Positions 8,901-17,768 of a stretch of DNA of 29,158 bases are shown here, in pieces (the stretch's first letter is position 1; each line of letters opens with the position of its first letter). The translations under genes and the position numbers were made by a program. Source of the stretch: Cytophagales bacterium (GTDB lineage Bacteria > Bacteroidota > Bacteroidia > Cytophagales > Microscillaceae). A model generated the notes under the pieces. It was not told the origin of the DNA. It ran no database searches and was given only the letters and a program-made list of their open reading frames with translations. The stretch covers positions 1 to 29,158 of the forward strand of contig JAAFJK010000329.1 in NCBI GenBank assembly GCA_013298105.1, given 5' to 3'.

Positions 8901-9668
8901 TCGCAATCCCAAGCCTGTGATTGTCCACATGAGTACGCTCAGTTCATAGCGTTTTTTGCGGTGCAGTCGCAAAGAAAACCCACGCAAAGCTATCAAACCC
9001 AGCAAAACGGCACTCACCGCGAAGCCTCCCACGAGCCATAAAAAAGCAAGGTTTTTGCCTCTAAAGTCTTTCGTAAAACTAAGTGCAACTACAGGCGTTT
9101 TGTCAGGTAGAAGTAGCGTATAAGGATTTTTTTCTAAGTTCTCGAAGCTGAATGTGATGCCTTTTTCGGTTGCTATGGCGGCGTTGTGTGAAGACTGTAG
9201 GTATTTGTTTTCTAAGCCATAATGATGCGTAAGCGGTAAATATGAAATGATAGCCAGTGAATCTTGTGCTATCTCGGCTATGGATTTTATAAGCAGTCCA
9301 TAGCCTTGTGAAGTTTGTAAGACCTTGTATTTAAAATCTCCTGCCACACTTGCCTGCGTGGGCGCGAAGTGGTAATCTGTCCAATGAATCAGTTGCGAAT
9401 TTTTGAAAATATAATGCGCATAGCGTTCGCGCCCGTTGGTAGGCAAGGCGTTGAAGTTCTTTTTTAGGTTTTGGCGAATGGTGTTATTTTCGGCTTCTAT
9501 GCTTGCGCGGAGTGCCTCAAACCTTGCCTGCCCTTGCGTATGTGCATAGGCAAGATGGTTTTTGGCTAATTTATCACGTTGGCTAAAAAATATCCAAGCA
9601 CTTGCCGCACCAAGTAGGCAGGCAAGGACGAGGCTTATAAAATCTATGTTTTGTAATATTTTTTTCAT
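5901..9668 (-). CDS. Large multi-TM sensor histidine kinase with two extracytoplasmic regions, a multi-helix TM block and a C-terminal HisKA/HATPase
   Basis: H-box HEIKNPLMPMKLGVQMM. G-boxes IQDNGAGIPEDIREKMFSPSFTTK and SGSGIGLVLSK. Many TM helices. True ATG at 9668 (MKKILQN...); the ORF track extends 3 codons further on TTG. Confidence 0.8.
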   Translation of the reverse strand: MKKILQNIDFISLVLACLLGAASAWIFFSQRDKLAKNHLAYAHTQGQARFEALRASIEAENNTIRQNLKKNFNALPTNGRERYAHYIFKNSQLIHWTDYHFAPTQASVAGDFKYKVLQTSQGYGLLIKSIAEIAQDSLAIISYLPLTHHYGLENKYLQSSHNAAIATEKGITFSFENLEKNPYTLLLPDKTPVVALSFTKDFRGKNLAFLWLVGGFAVSAVLLGLIALRGFSLRLHRKKRYELSVLMWTITGLGLRFLMIYAVFPFEWTGWDLFNRALYPASRFTPSLGDLALNMLVLGGVLMYFLRSYPYSQSYKLLLGVGQAGRVFLMGFLVFLTFWVTLIYYNALGSIFLHPEQRLAIANTLEWTALNGFGFVMFVALSGFYFFVLHTFTRICMQFAPPTLPTQAIVILVASVIFGISAWLLKVSSIWLMVFHLAYLLTIYVTRLPRALARFRYATSIYLFFGALLASTVSTYSIYSFGAKSSLADKRAFGNMLLPENDAIAEQQLGEAITQIKTNTEFINFLKPPASKNTETTPTLGQGSRIIKQYLGNYFSNYDIKLYFYGVNDSLPRYTTGDAQMRIETLSKEFAKIYYDTDNPAIKFINKAGVNSSKRYLAFVQMSVGKEQTAQIVIDLEQRIIDGQPQNVYPELLLGKNYALSPLAKHYSYAVYDDQALVYSKGEFNYEKDFRTSWFVDDAIFRQGFVKQGIEHLAVTGGFKKRVIVSAPTYAFWDIFSNFSFFFLLLILCILLGVLIYSVYKGRYGVHATFATRIQIYLNVAFFLPLFVVSLVTLNVMRANYQQDLENNYFRKGETVALSLQPQMLKLRSGDITRDEFDKQLLDIARHTGTDISLFDGGGLLITSSQPAIYEKANLLAPYINPQAIELVGKRKNRYAILPESVGKLEFSTTYLPLRNYEGDTRQLLGIVGIPFFEAQYEINKKQMELLALMVNIFSSSFIVLVAISFFASRLLTLPLRLITQQVRKTAYTDYEQSLQNQPLEWKVKDEIGLFVQEYNKMIQTLDESRQKLIEAQRENAWREMAQQVAHEIKNPLMPMKLGVQMMQRRLESFGEDVQELFKRYMDTLLEKIEVLDGIATSFSAYAKMPIPVMEKFDMVALLAETENLYTETEGNLIFMMPTKPCYVNADRKLLGRVFINLIKNALEAIPEGRLPQIQTTLTQDSEGLVQIAIQDNGAGIPEDIREKMFSPSFTTKSSGSGIGLVLSKRAVEHAGGRIWFETEEDMGTTFFIELPSVE

Positions 9669-9753
9669 GTCATGCAAGTATATTACAAAAAGTTTGCAAA
9701 ACTATGCGAAAATGGATAAATTCTTTTAGGACTACCGTACCAAGTAACATTTT

Positions 9754-9894
9754 TGGTTGTCTGACAATTTTTGTGGTAGTTTTTTTTGCTCAGTAGGATA
9801 GGGTTTAAAACCCTATCCTATTGAGCAAAAAAGGCGTTTCTTGAATCCGAACTTGCTCAAAAGATATTTTTCCACAAAAGTTGTCAGACAACCA
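9754..9894. repeat. Nested inverted repeat. Outer 23-bp arms are 9754-9776 and 9872-9894 (22/23 complementary). Inner near-perfect 23-bp-arm palindrome is 9784-9830, centred on GGGTTTAAAACCC
   Basis: Read from the sequence. It lies in the divergent region between the kinase start and the low-GC R-M island. Confidence 0.6.
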
Positions 9895-10168
9895 CATTTT
9901 TTTGATATATCACAAACTGCACCGTACCGCAAATCAGCGCAAAAAACCTAAAACATATAATAGAGTTCTTGCAAAAGTGCTGTTTTTGATGCCTCACCCC
10001 TCCCCTTCTCCAAATGGAGAAGGGTTAAAAATACTTTCTCAAGAAGTCTAATTCAAAGTTAGGCATTATTTCTCAATCTAAAAAAAAATCTTGTTTTTTG
10101 TTTTTAAGTTTTTATTTTTGAAAATACTTCAGTATGTTTGCATAAAATTGATACAATTTGATATTTAT

Positions 10169-12808
10169 ATGCAGTCCGAAAATAAAAATCAAAAATTACT
10201 AACCGTAAAAGAAGCGGCTGAACTGCTGAAAGTTGCCGAAATATCTGTAAAAAGGTATGTTTCGCAGGGGCTTATTCCTTCTGTCAAGATTGGCGGAGCA
10301 AGGCGTATTGTTCAGAACGAAGTTTGGGAAGACTTTGTTAATTATTCGTCTGATAATCAAGATAATAGTCCTGAAATTATCAACGGTGTACAGTTCTATT
10401 GGTCGCAGAAAAATGCTTCTGTTGCTAATCAAATCTACAAAGAATATTGCAAAGACAATGCAGTTATTCTTGATGGCTTTTTAGGTGGTGGCTCATCTTT
10501 GTATGGTATTAGAAATACAAATTTAAAATTTGTGGGAGTAGATATTAACGAAATGCCTTATCAAATTGCAAAATTCAATTTGCAAAATATTGATAGTCAG
10601 TTTATTGACAGCTTGGAAAAGGAACTAAAAAACATACAATCGCAATTTAATGAGATTTATCACTACACTTGTAGCGATGGGAAAATTTTAGAATTTATCA
10701 AGGTTGTTTTTGATGACAAAGACAATCCACAAATCAAAATTATTCATTTACAAGATGCAGAAGGCAATCGTTTCACTTCTGAAAACTATCCTGAAGCAAT
10801 AGATTTTTATTTGAAAAACTATAAAAATTTTCAAAATATCGTTTGTGGGGATACAAATAACGGCATTGAAGGTTTAGAAAATCCTTTGCTTACCAAAAAT
10901 AGCAGAATTGCTATTAAGGAAAATATGTTTTTAGCTGATATTTTTAGCCCTATCAATTTTTTTGTTTTGTCTGAACTCAAAGAAAAAATTAAAGACAGCA
11001 AAAATCTAAGATTTATTCTTTCTTCTGTTCTACAACTTTGTAAACTTACAGATACCAAATCACAATCACAATTTCCGTTTTGGTTGCCAAAAATTGATTT
11101 GGTAGATAGAAATATCTTTGTTACAATGCTCAATAAAATACAATCTTTGAAAAAGCAAATTGGGCAAGGGCAAATTCAAGAAGTTGAAAATTTTGAAAAA
11201 CTAAAATATGCTTTTGGTAATGCCTGCCTACTGATAAACAAGCCTTTACAAAATATTACCAATGAAATTCCTGATAATTCTATAGATTTTGTTTTGACAG
11301 ACCCGCCTTATTTCGACCAAGTAGCATATTCAGAGTATGCCAAAATATGGGAGTTTTTCTGTGGTTATAAGGCAAATTTTGAAGATGAAATTATTGTTTC
11401 GCAACGTGATATTTGCCAAAGTGATGAAAAAATGTATTTAGAAAACTTGCAAAAAAGTTTTCAAGTCATTTTTGATAAAATGAAATCTCAAGCGCAATTA
11501 TTGATTTATTTTAAAGATAGCCGACCTGAAAAAATGTTTGCTTTTTTGGATATTTTAGATAAAATTGGTTTTTCATTTTTGGGGCAAGAATATTTAGACA
11601 CTGCTAAATTTACCTACAAACAAAATACTACCACCAAAACCACTTTGACAGGAGAGAGTATTTTGAAATTACAAAAGATTGAAAAACAAGAGATTATAGA
11701 AGAAGGAAACTTGCAAATTATTGAAAATTTAGGTATCCAAGAAGTAGAAAATTTAGTAATATATTTTACTAAAACATATCTTTTCGTTCATAAAGAAGCA
11801 ACCTTAAATGAAATACTAAGTAGTGGTTTGATAAAATTATTGTATGATAAAAAAGCCTTGTCATTACTTAAAAAAGCCAAAGATTTTACTACTATTTTTG
11901 AAAAAATTTGCAATTACAATGATGAAAATAGGACATATAGCCTCAAAAACATAGAAATTAAAAACCAACTTTTCTTAGGAGATTGTTTAGAAATTCTAAA
12001 AGCAATCCCTACTAATTCTATAGACTGCCTGATTACAGACCCTCCTTATAACATTTCAGGTTATGACCATAAAAAACAAATTGGTTGGCTTAAATCTAAT
12101 GATTTTTGGAAAAAACAAAAAGCCTTCAAAAAAATAGACGAAACTTGGGATAAATTTTCTGATGATGATTATGAAAGTTTTACAATAGAATGGTTATCTG
12201 AAATCAAAAGAATTGTAAAACCAAATGGCAATATTGCCATTTTTGGAAGTTATCACAATATCTATAAAATAGGTTATTTGATAGAGAAATTAGACTTAAA
12301 AACTATCAATTCTATTATCTGGTATAAACGCAATGCTTTTCCGAATGTAACACAAAGAATGTTTTGCGAAAGTACAGAACAAATTATTTGGTGTGTGAAT
12401 GAAAGCAAGAAAAATGCAAAAAATTGGACTTTCAATTACCAAAAAATGAAAGAATTAAATGGTGGTGTGCAAATGCGCAATCTTTTTGATGTACCTTTAA
12501 CCAAACAATCTGAAAGAGAATTTGGCAAACATCCTTCACAAAAACCTTTAGAAGTTTTGAATAATTTAGTGCTTGCTTTGACAAATGAAGGTGATGTAGT
12601 TTTGGACTGTTTTTTAGGTTCAGGGACTACAGCAGTTTCTGCTTTACAACATCAGCGTAATTTTATAGGTATCGAGCAAAATTATGAGTATTTGCAAATT
12701 GCAGAAAAGAGGTTGGAAAATATTGAATCTGTGATATTTAACAAACCTGAAAACGAAAAAAAGAAATCTAAAACTAAGACCTTGGGAATATTTGACAAGC
12801 CTCAATAA
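10169..12808 (+). CDS. Two-domain DNA amino-methyltransferase with an N-terminal excisionase/MerR-like HTH. Domain 1 has motif I FLGGGSS then motif IV DPPYF (alpha order). Domain 2 has DPPYN then FLGSGTT (beta order). Likely modifies both strands of an asymmetric site
   Basis: LLTVKEAAELLKVAEISVKRYVSQGLIPSVKIGGARRIV HTH. Two DPPY motifs and two FxGxG motifs. Very AT-rich codon usage unlike the flanks. Start taken at ATG 10169, preceded by a TAnnTTTG-like -7 box. Confidence 0.8.
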   Translation: MQSENKNQKLLTVKEAAELLKVAEISVKRYVSQGLIPSVKIGGARRIVQNEVWEDFVNYSSDNQDNSPEIINGVQFYWSQKNASVANQIYKEYCKDNAVILDGFLGGGSSLYGIRNTNLKFVGVDINEMPYQIAKFNLQNIDSQFIDSLEKELKNIQSQFNEIYHYTCSDGKILEFIKVVFDDKDNPQIKIIHLQDAEGNRFTSENYPEAIDFYLKNYKNFQNIVCGDTNNGIEGLENPLLTKNSRIAIKENMFLADIFSPINFFVLSELKEKIKDSKNLRFILSSVLQLCKLTDTKSQSQFPFWLPKIDLVDRNIFVTMLNKIQSLKKQIGQGQIQEVENFEKLKYAFGNACLLINKPLQNITNEIPDNSIDFVLTDPPYFDQVAYSEYAKIWEFFCGYKANFEDEIIVSQRDICQSDEKMYLENLQKSFQVIFDKMKSQAQLLIYFKDSRPEKMFAFLDILDKIGFSFLGQEYLDTAKFTYKQNTTTKTTLTGESILKLQKIEKQEIIEEGNLQIIENLGIQEVENLVIYFTKTYLFVHKEATLNEILSSGLIKLLYDKKALSLLKKAKDFTTIFEKICNYNDENRTYSLKNIEIKNQLFLGDCLEILKAIPTNSIDCLITDPPYNISGYDHKKQIGWLKSNDFWKKQKAFKKIDETWDKFSDDDYESFTIEWLSEIKRIVKPNGNIAIFGSYHNIYKIGYLIEKLDLKTINSIIWYKRNAFPNVTQRMFCESTEQIIWCVNESKKNAKNWTFNYQKMKELNGGVQMRNLFDVPLTKQSEREFGKHPSQKPLEVLNNLVLALTNEGDVVLDCFLGSGTTAVSALQHQRNFIGIEQNYEYLQIAEKRLENIESVIFNKPENEKKKSKTKTLGIFDKPQ

Positions 12809-13806
12809 TCACTAAATCGCCTTTGCTAAGAGAAACTTGTAAACGCCTAACTTCTTTGTCTTTTTCAGCATAGTTTTGGGCTTTTTCTCGAAGTTTCTCT
12901 TTTAATCTTTCTACTACTTTATCAGGTTCTGCCGAAAAAATTGTCAAAACTTCTACTTTTGTTTTATCTACAACAGCCAAAATAATTGCTTTATCCTCTT
13001 TATATTTTTCTAATACATTTGCAGAAATATCTTGAAATTGCCAAGAATATGTTTTTGAAACTTTATATTCATATTCATTCCCATGCTCGTCAAAAGCATC
13101 GTGAGAACCTGCCCCGCCCACCTTGTTCAGAATTTACATTGTGGTTAAGTTCAACCGCAACTAAAACCTCCCATATCTTATTACTTGTCAATAGGTTAGT
13201 AACATTTGTACACTTCTCTAATTCTGCGTTCAAATTGTATAATTTTTGTAGCCAAATATCATATTTTCCATTGGTTTTAGGTACTAAAATTTTTGTTTTC
13301 TGCAATTTTAAATCATTTTCTATTTGTTTTGCAGAAATATTTATCATTCGTCTTGCATTAGGTTTGCCTTTTGGTTTTCTTGCTAATAAATCGTCTGTTC
13401 TTTGTTTTAGGTACAAAGAACAAATTTTTCCGTTTACCAAAATGTACCAATCCAAAAGTGCTGGAAAAACTGTATCATCAATATGAGCAAAAACTACACC
13501 TTCAGCAAGCCCTAAGTTGCTAATTGTGCTGTCTGTGTAGTCGTTAAAAGTCCAAGAGTGGTTGCTACTTGTTTCTTTATAATGCTTGTATTCATATTCG
13601 CCTCCATCTTCATTTTTGGCATCTTTTGAGCCTGAATGTCCCGCAATTAAGTCGTGGTCGAGTTCGTTAGCGATAATAATTTCATAGATTTTTGAATTAG
13701 AGAAGATGTCATCAACGCCAAAAACTTCTAAAAAATCTGCTTGTATTTGGCGAAATTCGTTAATGAGTTGGTAAAAATGGGTTTTATTGATGGTTGTGAA
13801 CTTCAT
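12774..13806 (-). pseudogene. Restriction endonuclease candidate made of two tandem homologous domains, each with ELDHD/ELNHN ... G(S/A)GS.DA..E.G.EYEYK, possibly PD-(D/E)XK-like. It is split into two ORFs (13090-13806 and 12774-13121) by a +1 frameshift inside the second repeat
   Basis: Domain 1 reads ANELDHDLIAGHSGSKDAKNEDGGEYEYKHYKE. Domain 2 reads AVELNHNVNSEQGG | AGSHDAFDEHGNEYEYKVSK, and the alignment continues across the frame change at GGTGGGCGGGGCAGG (about 13105-13121). Convergent 35-bp overlap with the MTase 3' end. Confidence 0.5.
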
Positions 13807-13967
13807 TGATAAATATGGTAGTTAGTAATCTTTGCAAAGTTACAAAGTTTTTACATACCTTTTGGGTTATATTGTTATAAAATGGCAGGCTTGCTAATGT
13901 TGAAGCATCAAATATTTTAACGACAGGTGGTAACTCCATAAATTCTTACCTTTTGGTGTAAAGTATC

Positions 13968-14006
13968 AAAAACCCGCAAAAGCGGAGGGCTTTTGCGGGT
14001 TTTTAT
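13968..14006. terminator. Hairpin ACCCGCAAAAGC-ggagg-GCTTTTGCGGGT with A/T runs on both sides, acting as a bidirectional terminator
   Basis: Inverted repeat plus flanking A5/T5. Confidence 0.55.
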
Positions 14007-14008
14007 GG

Positions 14009-16129
14009 TTATTTCTTTTTCAAAAACATATTGAAATAGCTACACTCTTTCAAAATTTCTTGGTAGTATTTGGTTTTAGAAAAATCTTTTTTCAAGGTAG
14101 CAAAATAACGCCTGTATTGTGGGTCGAGCGTAACCTCTGGATAATCAGGTTTGGGTTCTTTTACCATTTTGATATAATATTCGTTTTGCTCACACTTAGC
14201 CGCCATGTATGCCGCTTGCGCCCCAAGTTCGCGGTCTTGGTCTTTCATGGCTGTGTTCATGGCTTTCTCAAAATAGTATTTTGCCTTGTTTGTATCGTCA
14301 TTCACATAGTCATACACTTTGCCTTGCCTTTGGTACTTGCCTGCCAAGTCATACGAAGAAGTGTAATAATCGATGGCGTACCAGCTATTGCCAAAAATGG
14401 TCATGTTATAATAGATACAACCGAGTTGAAAATATTGTTGGGCTTGGTCTATATTGGGTGTTTCGACCATTTTCTTCAGATTGATGATTTTGTAGGCTAA
14501 AGTCATGCGGTTGTATTTGTTTTTGCCTGTGCCATCTACGCTTGCGCCATTGTCTTGGATACTGAAGCCGAGTGGATTTTCTTTGAGCTTGCCTACCTTT
14601 TCTACAGGTATTTGCTCATAAAGGGCTACGGCTTCTTTCAATTTTTCTTCTCTAAAAAGAACAGTGGCTTTAATTTCTCTAAGCACATTAAGCGCGTCTT
14701 TGCCATAATTTTTTTCGAGCAAATATTGTATGGCGGGCGTTTGTTTTTTGTTTTCGGCTACAGGGACGAGCTGGTCTAGTACAGGCAGGAGAGGATTGTA
14801 TCGGATTTCTATAAATTCACACATTTGCGCCTTGCCTACCTCATTTTGTTTGGTGTATAGCTTATTGAAAATAGCCCACATGAAGTTTTCTAATTCCTGT
14901 TTTTCAGTTTTTTTGACAGCGTTGAAAAGTTCAGTTTCGGCAACTTCGTCTATTTTAGTAAGTCCAGCCACTTGGATAGCGAGTTTACAAATTTCTATTT
15001 GTTTGGTATAGATAGGGTCTTTGGTTTGTTTGCTGAGTTCGTCAAGTTTTTTCAAGGCTTGAGGACTGTTGCCTGCGAGGAAGTCGAGGTGTCCACTTGC
15101 GAGCGCGAAAACTTCTTTCTTTTGTACCTTGCCTTCAGCTACACACTTGGTAGTAAAGGCGCGGAGTTTGTGTAGTTTTTTGGCGGCTTCTTCGGGTGAG
15201 CTTTCGCCTGTTTTGCCCAAAAACCAAAGGCTTTCTTTTGTGTCCGATTGCATCAAAGCATTCTCGAGGCTGTTGATTTCACTCAAAAGCAAGATATACA
15301 ATTTGTCATAATCGGGTGCTTTTTCATAGATGTTTTTCATCTCTGCGAGCATATCGCCATTTTCGCGGACAGCTCTGATGAAATGTAGCGCGGCTTGTTC
15401 TTGGGGATTTTGGCAAAGGGCAGAAGTACCTTTCCATGCCGCTTCGTCTGTTACATTCCAGCTAAGGGCAGAAGAAACTCTTTTGGAAGGACATTTTTCA
15501 TAGATTTGCGCAAAAAGATAATTGGCTTCATTTTCCTTGCCTGCCTTTGCCAAACAGCCCGCCTTGTGTGCCAATGCCCAATATTTGATAGGGCTTTCGG
15601 TTTTGGCTTCGAGGGGCTTGACAAGTTCATCATAAAGCGTGATGCCTTTTTGGTGTTGCCCACTGTATTGCGCCATACGAACAGCTTGGTAAGCAAAACG
15701 CAACTTGAGGAAGTCATTGGAGGCTTTTTCTTTGTAATATTGCTTGCCTGCATCTGCAAGGAATTTCATCTTGTCAGCTTCGCGTTTTCCCTCCTTTGCG
15801 TCCCATTTATTTTGAAAATCGCCTGCTTGGGTTTCGCACTGTTTGGCATAAAAAAGATAGTCTATATCTTCTACGTTTCTGTCGTTTTTCCAATATTTCA
15901 GGAGTGAGTTTTTCTGCCATTCGCTGGGTACAGTTGCACCATTGGCTACAAAAGCGCGAACTTCCTGCATATCACTTGCTGAAAATTTATAGATTACAGT
16001 ACGTACATCTTCGATGTCGGGTTTGTTTTTGAGGTAGGCAAGCCAATCTTTTAGGTTGGCATCTTCAGTAGCTTCGGGCTTTTGCCAAAAGTCTGTCATG
16101 TGCGCAAAAGGGAGTGGAGAAAAGCACAA
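14009..16129 (-). CDS. Large hypothetical protein, probably helical/TPR-like repeats. It may be secreted if fused to the upstream signal-peptide ORF
   Basis: Long ORF with no recognisable catalytic motif. Start is uncertain: TTG at 16129, in-frame ATG at 16099, or a frameshift from the 16250 ORF. Confidence 0.4.
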   Translation of the reverse strand: MCFSPLPFAHMTDFWQKPEATEDANLKDWLAYLKNKPDIEDVRTVIYKFSASDMQEVRAFVANGATVPSEWQKNSLLKYWKNDRNVEDIDYLFYAKQCETQAGDFQNKWDAKEGKREADKMKFLADAGKQYYKEKASNDFLKLRFAYQAVRMAQYSGQHQKGITLYDELVKPLEAKTESPIKYWALAHKAGCLAKAGKENEANYLFAQIYEKCPSKRVSSALSWNVTDEAAWKGTSALCQNPQEQAALHFIRAVRENGDMLAEMKNIYEKAPDYDKLYILLLSEINSLENALMQSDTKESLWFLGKTGESSPEEAAKKLHKLRAFTTKCVAEGKVQKKEVFALASGHLDFLAGNSPQALKKLDELSKQTKDPIYTKQIEICKLAIQVAGLTKIDEVAETELFNAVKKTEKQELENFMWAIFNKLYTKQNEVGKAQMCEFIEIRYNPLLPVLDQLVPVAENKKQTPAIQYLLEKNYGKDALNVLREIKATVLFREEKLKEAVALYEQIPVEKVGKLKENPLGFSIQDNGASVDGTGKNKYNRMTLAYKIINLKKMVETPNIDQAQQYFQLGCIYYNMTIFGNSWYAIDYYTSSYDLAGKYQRQGKVYDYVNDDTNKAKYYFEKAMNTAMKDQDRELGAQAAYMAAKCEQNEYYIKMVKEPKPDYPEVTLDPQYRRYFATLKKDFSKTKYYQEILKECSYFNMFLKKK

Positions 16130-16417
16130 AATTGCTTACATTGTACTCGTAGCGGTCGCCTCCACCGCAAGTGGATTGGGCTATTTTGGTAGGGCGCAAA
16201 CTGAACGCTAAAGTCAATAACGCCAAAAGAGAAAGTTGAATAAACTTCATAAGTGAGTTTTTTATTTTTACAATGCTTTGAATATCAGAGCTTTAAATTC
16301 GTATTTTATACCTCTTACTTCAAACCTATTACTTAACGTTGCAATAGTATAGGATATTTTCAAAAAAACCATAAACTTTTCAAAACAATCTCTAAATTTG
16401 CGCAAAAATTTTAAATC

Positions 16418-17713
16418 ATGAAATACGTATTCAGTTCATTGCGTCTAAGTGTGTTGTGGGGCATTATGTTGGTTTTTACATTTTGCGATAATAAAACAGA
16501 CAAAACAGACGAAAAAAAAGGCGAAGCCAACAAAAAAGAAACTCAACCCAAAGCCAAAGGCGGAGGCGAGGACACGACTCAAGTAGCCGAAAAAGAAGAA
16601 AAAGGCACTGCCAAAAAACGTAAAAAACCCGCCAAAGTTACGGCAGACCGCAAATTCAATGACATCGCTCGCTTCATAGCAGGACTCGAAGGCGAGGAGG
16701 GAACGACTATGGCAGAGTACGAGAGTGTACCCGCTTGGAAAACTTACGCCCAAAACCGCGATGCCCAATGGAAAGGCATGGAAGCAAAAATGCCCAAAAT
16801 GCGCGACTGGGCAGGCAAGGAATTGAAAGCCATCAACGATAAAAAAGCCACGCTTTTTTACCCTTTTGCGGGAGCGGACTTTTTGCACGCGACTACCTTT
16901 TTCCCAGAGATGGACGAGATAGTGATGATGGGACTTGAACCTATAGGCTCTCTGCCTGACTTTGGGGCTATCCACAAAAAAGGCGCGATACCTGCCTACT
17001 TCAATGCCATGAACCAATCGCTTGTGAGTATCTTGCAATACAGCTTTTTTCAGACATTGCACATGGCAAACGACTTCAACAAGCGCGTTTCGTATGACAT
17101 AGATGGCACTTTGCCTGTGTTGTTGTTTTTTATAGCGCGTACAGGACACCGCGTACTGAAGTACGAAAAAATAGCTCTCAGTCCCGAAGGCGACCTTATC
17201 AGTGCTGACCAAGTGAAAGTACGAGGCGCGTATTATGGCACAAAAATCACTTATGCACGCGAAGGAAAAACAGATGAGCAAAAAACAATCTACTACTATG
17301 CTGTGAACTTGGGCAACAACCAACATGATATGCTCAAAGGCTTGCCTCAAAGAGCTGACCTCAGCAAATACATTGAGAGCTTGAATATCTCTGTTACGTA
17401 CTTAAAGTCCGCTTCTTACCTCATGTACATGGAGTCATTCAGCGTGATACGCGATATGATTTTGGACAATTCGCCTTACCTGCTTCAAGACGATTCGGGA
17501 ATGCCACTGGCAAGTGTGGTGAACAATAAAAATAAGTGGGATTTGATATTTTATGGCGTATATGCAGGACCTATTCCGCTTTTTGCGAATCGCTGGCAGA
17601 ATGACATGAAAGTGGCTTTCCAAAAACCTGAACAAGTCCGCCCCCTACCTTTTGGCATAGGCTACCAGTACCGCGAAGGCTCATCTAACTTGATGTTGGC
17701 TACTAAAAAATAA
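16418..17713 (+). CDS. Hypothetical lipoprotein
   Basis: Signal peptide with lipobox (LVFTFC-DNK). K/E-rich low-complexity segment, then a globular domain. Confidence 0.5.
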   Translation: MKYVFSSLRLSVLWGIMLVFTFCDNKTDKTDEKKGEANKKETQPKAKGGGEDTTQVAEKEEKGTAKKRKKPAKVTADRKFNDIARFIAGLEGEEGTTMAEYESVPAWKTYAQNRDAQWKGMEAKMPKMRDWAGKELKAINDKKATLFYPFAGADFLHATTFFPEMDEIVMMGLEPIGSLPDFGAIHKKGAIPAYFNAMNQSLVSILQYSFFQTLHMANDFNKRVSYDIDGTLPVLLFFIARTGHRVLKYEKIALSPEGDLISADQVKVRGAYYGTKITYAREGKTDEQKTIYYYAVNLGNNQHDMLKGLPQRADLSKYIESLNISVTYLKSASYLMYMESFSVIRDMILDNSPYLLQDDSGMPLASVVNNKNKWDLIFYGVYAGPIPLFANRWQNDMKVAFQKPEQVRPLPFGIGYQYREGSSNLMLATKK

Positions 17714-17718
17714 CTAAA

Positions 17719-17746
17719 AACACGCCCGAAAAGGCGTGTTTTTTAC
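17719..17746 (+). terminator. Rho-independent terminator CACGCC-cgaaaa-GGCGTG followed by T6
   Basis: Stem-loop plus T-run immediately after the lipoprotein stop. Confidence 0.6.
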
Positions 17747-17768
17747 AAAAATAATTATTTCAAAAATT

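Noticed and set aside
6840-9041. Plus-strand ORFs of 291 aa (6840-7715) and 226 aa (8361-9041) inside the histidine-kinase gene
   Set aside because: Antisense to a long ORF with unmistakable HisKA/HATPase motifs. Low-complexity, basic composition (the Q/K/R runs are the reverse translation of TM-helix codons).
9754-9894. Nested inverted repeat as a tRNA or other structured RNA gene
   Set aside because: No cloverleaf can be drawn and there are no conserved tRNA boxes. The long perfect stems look like DNA-level palindromes.
15395-15907. 170-aa plus-strand ORF inside the 706-aa minus-strand gene
   Set aside because: Antisense overlap with no motifs. The long minus ORF is the better model.
16445-17350. 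301-aa minus-strand ORF opposite the lipoprotein gene
   Set aside because: Antisense to an ORF with a good lipoprotein signal peptide. F/C-rich nonsense composition.
17736-17768. GTG start of the ATPase ORF at 17736
   Set aside because: It lies inside the stem of the upstream Rho-independent terminator. The paralog alignment (MITNLHIKNF vs MIKEIHIKNF) supports the ATG at 17769.
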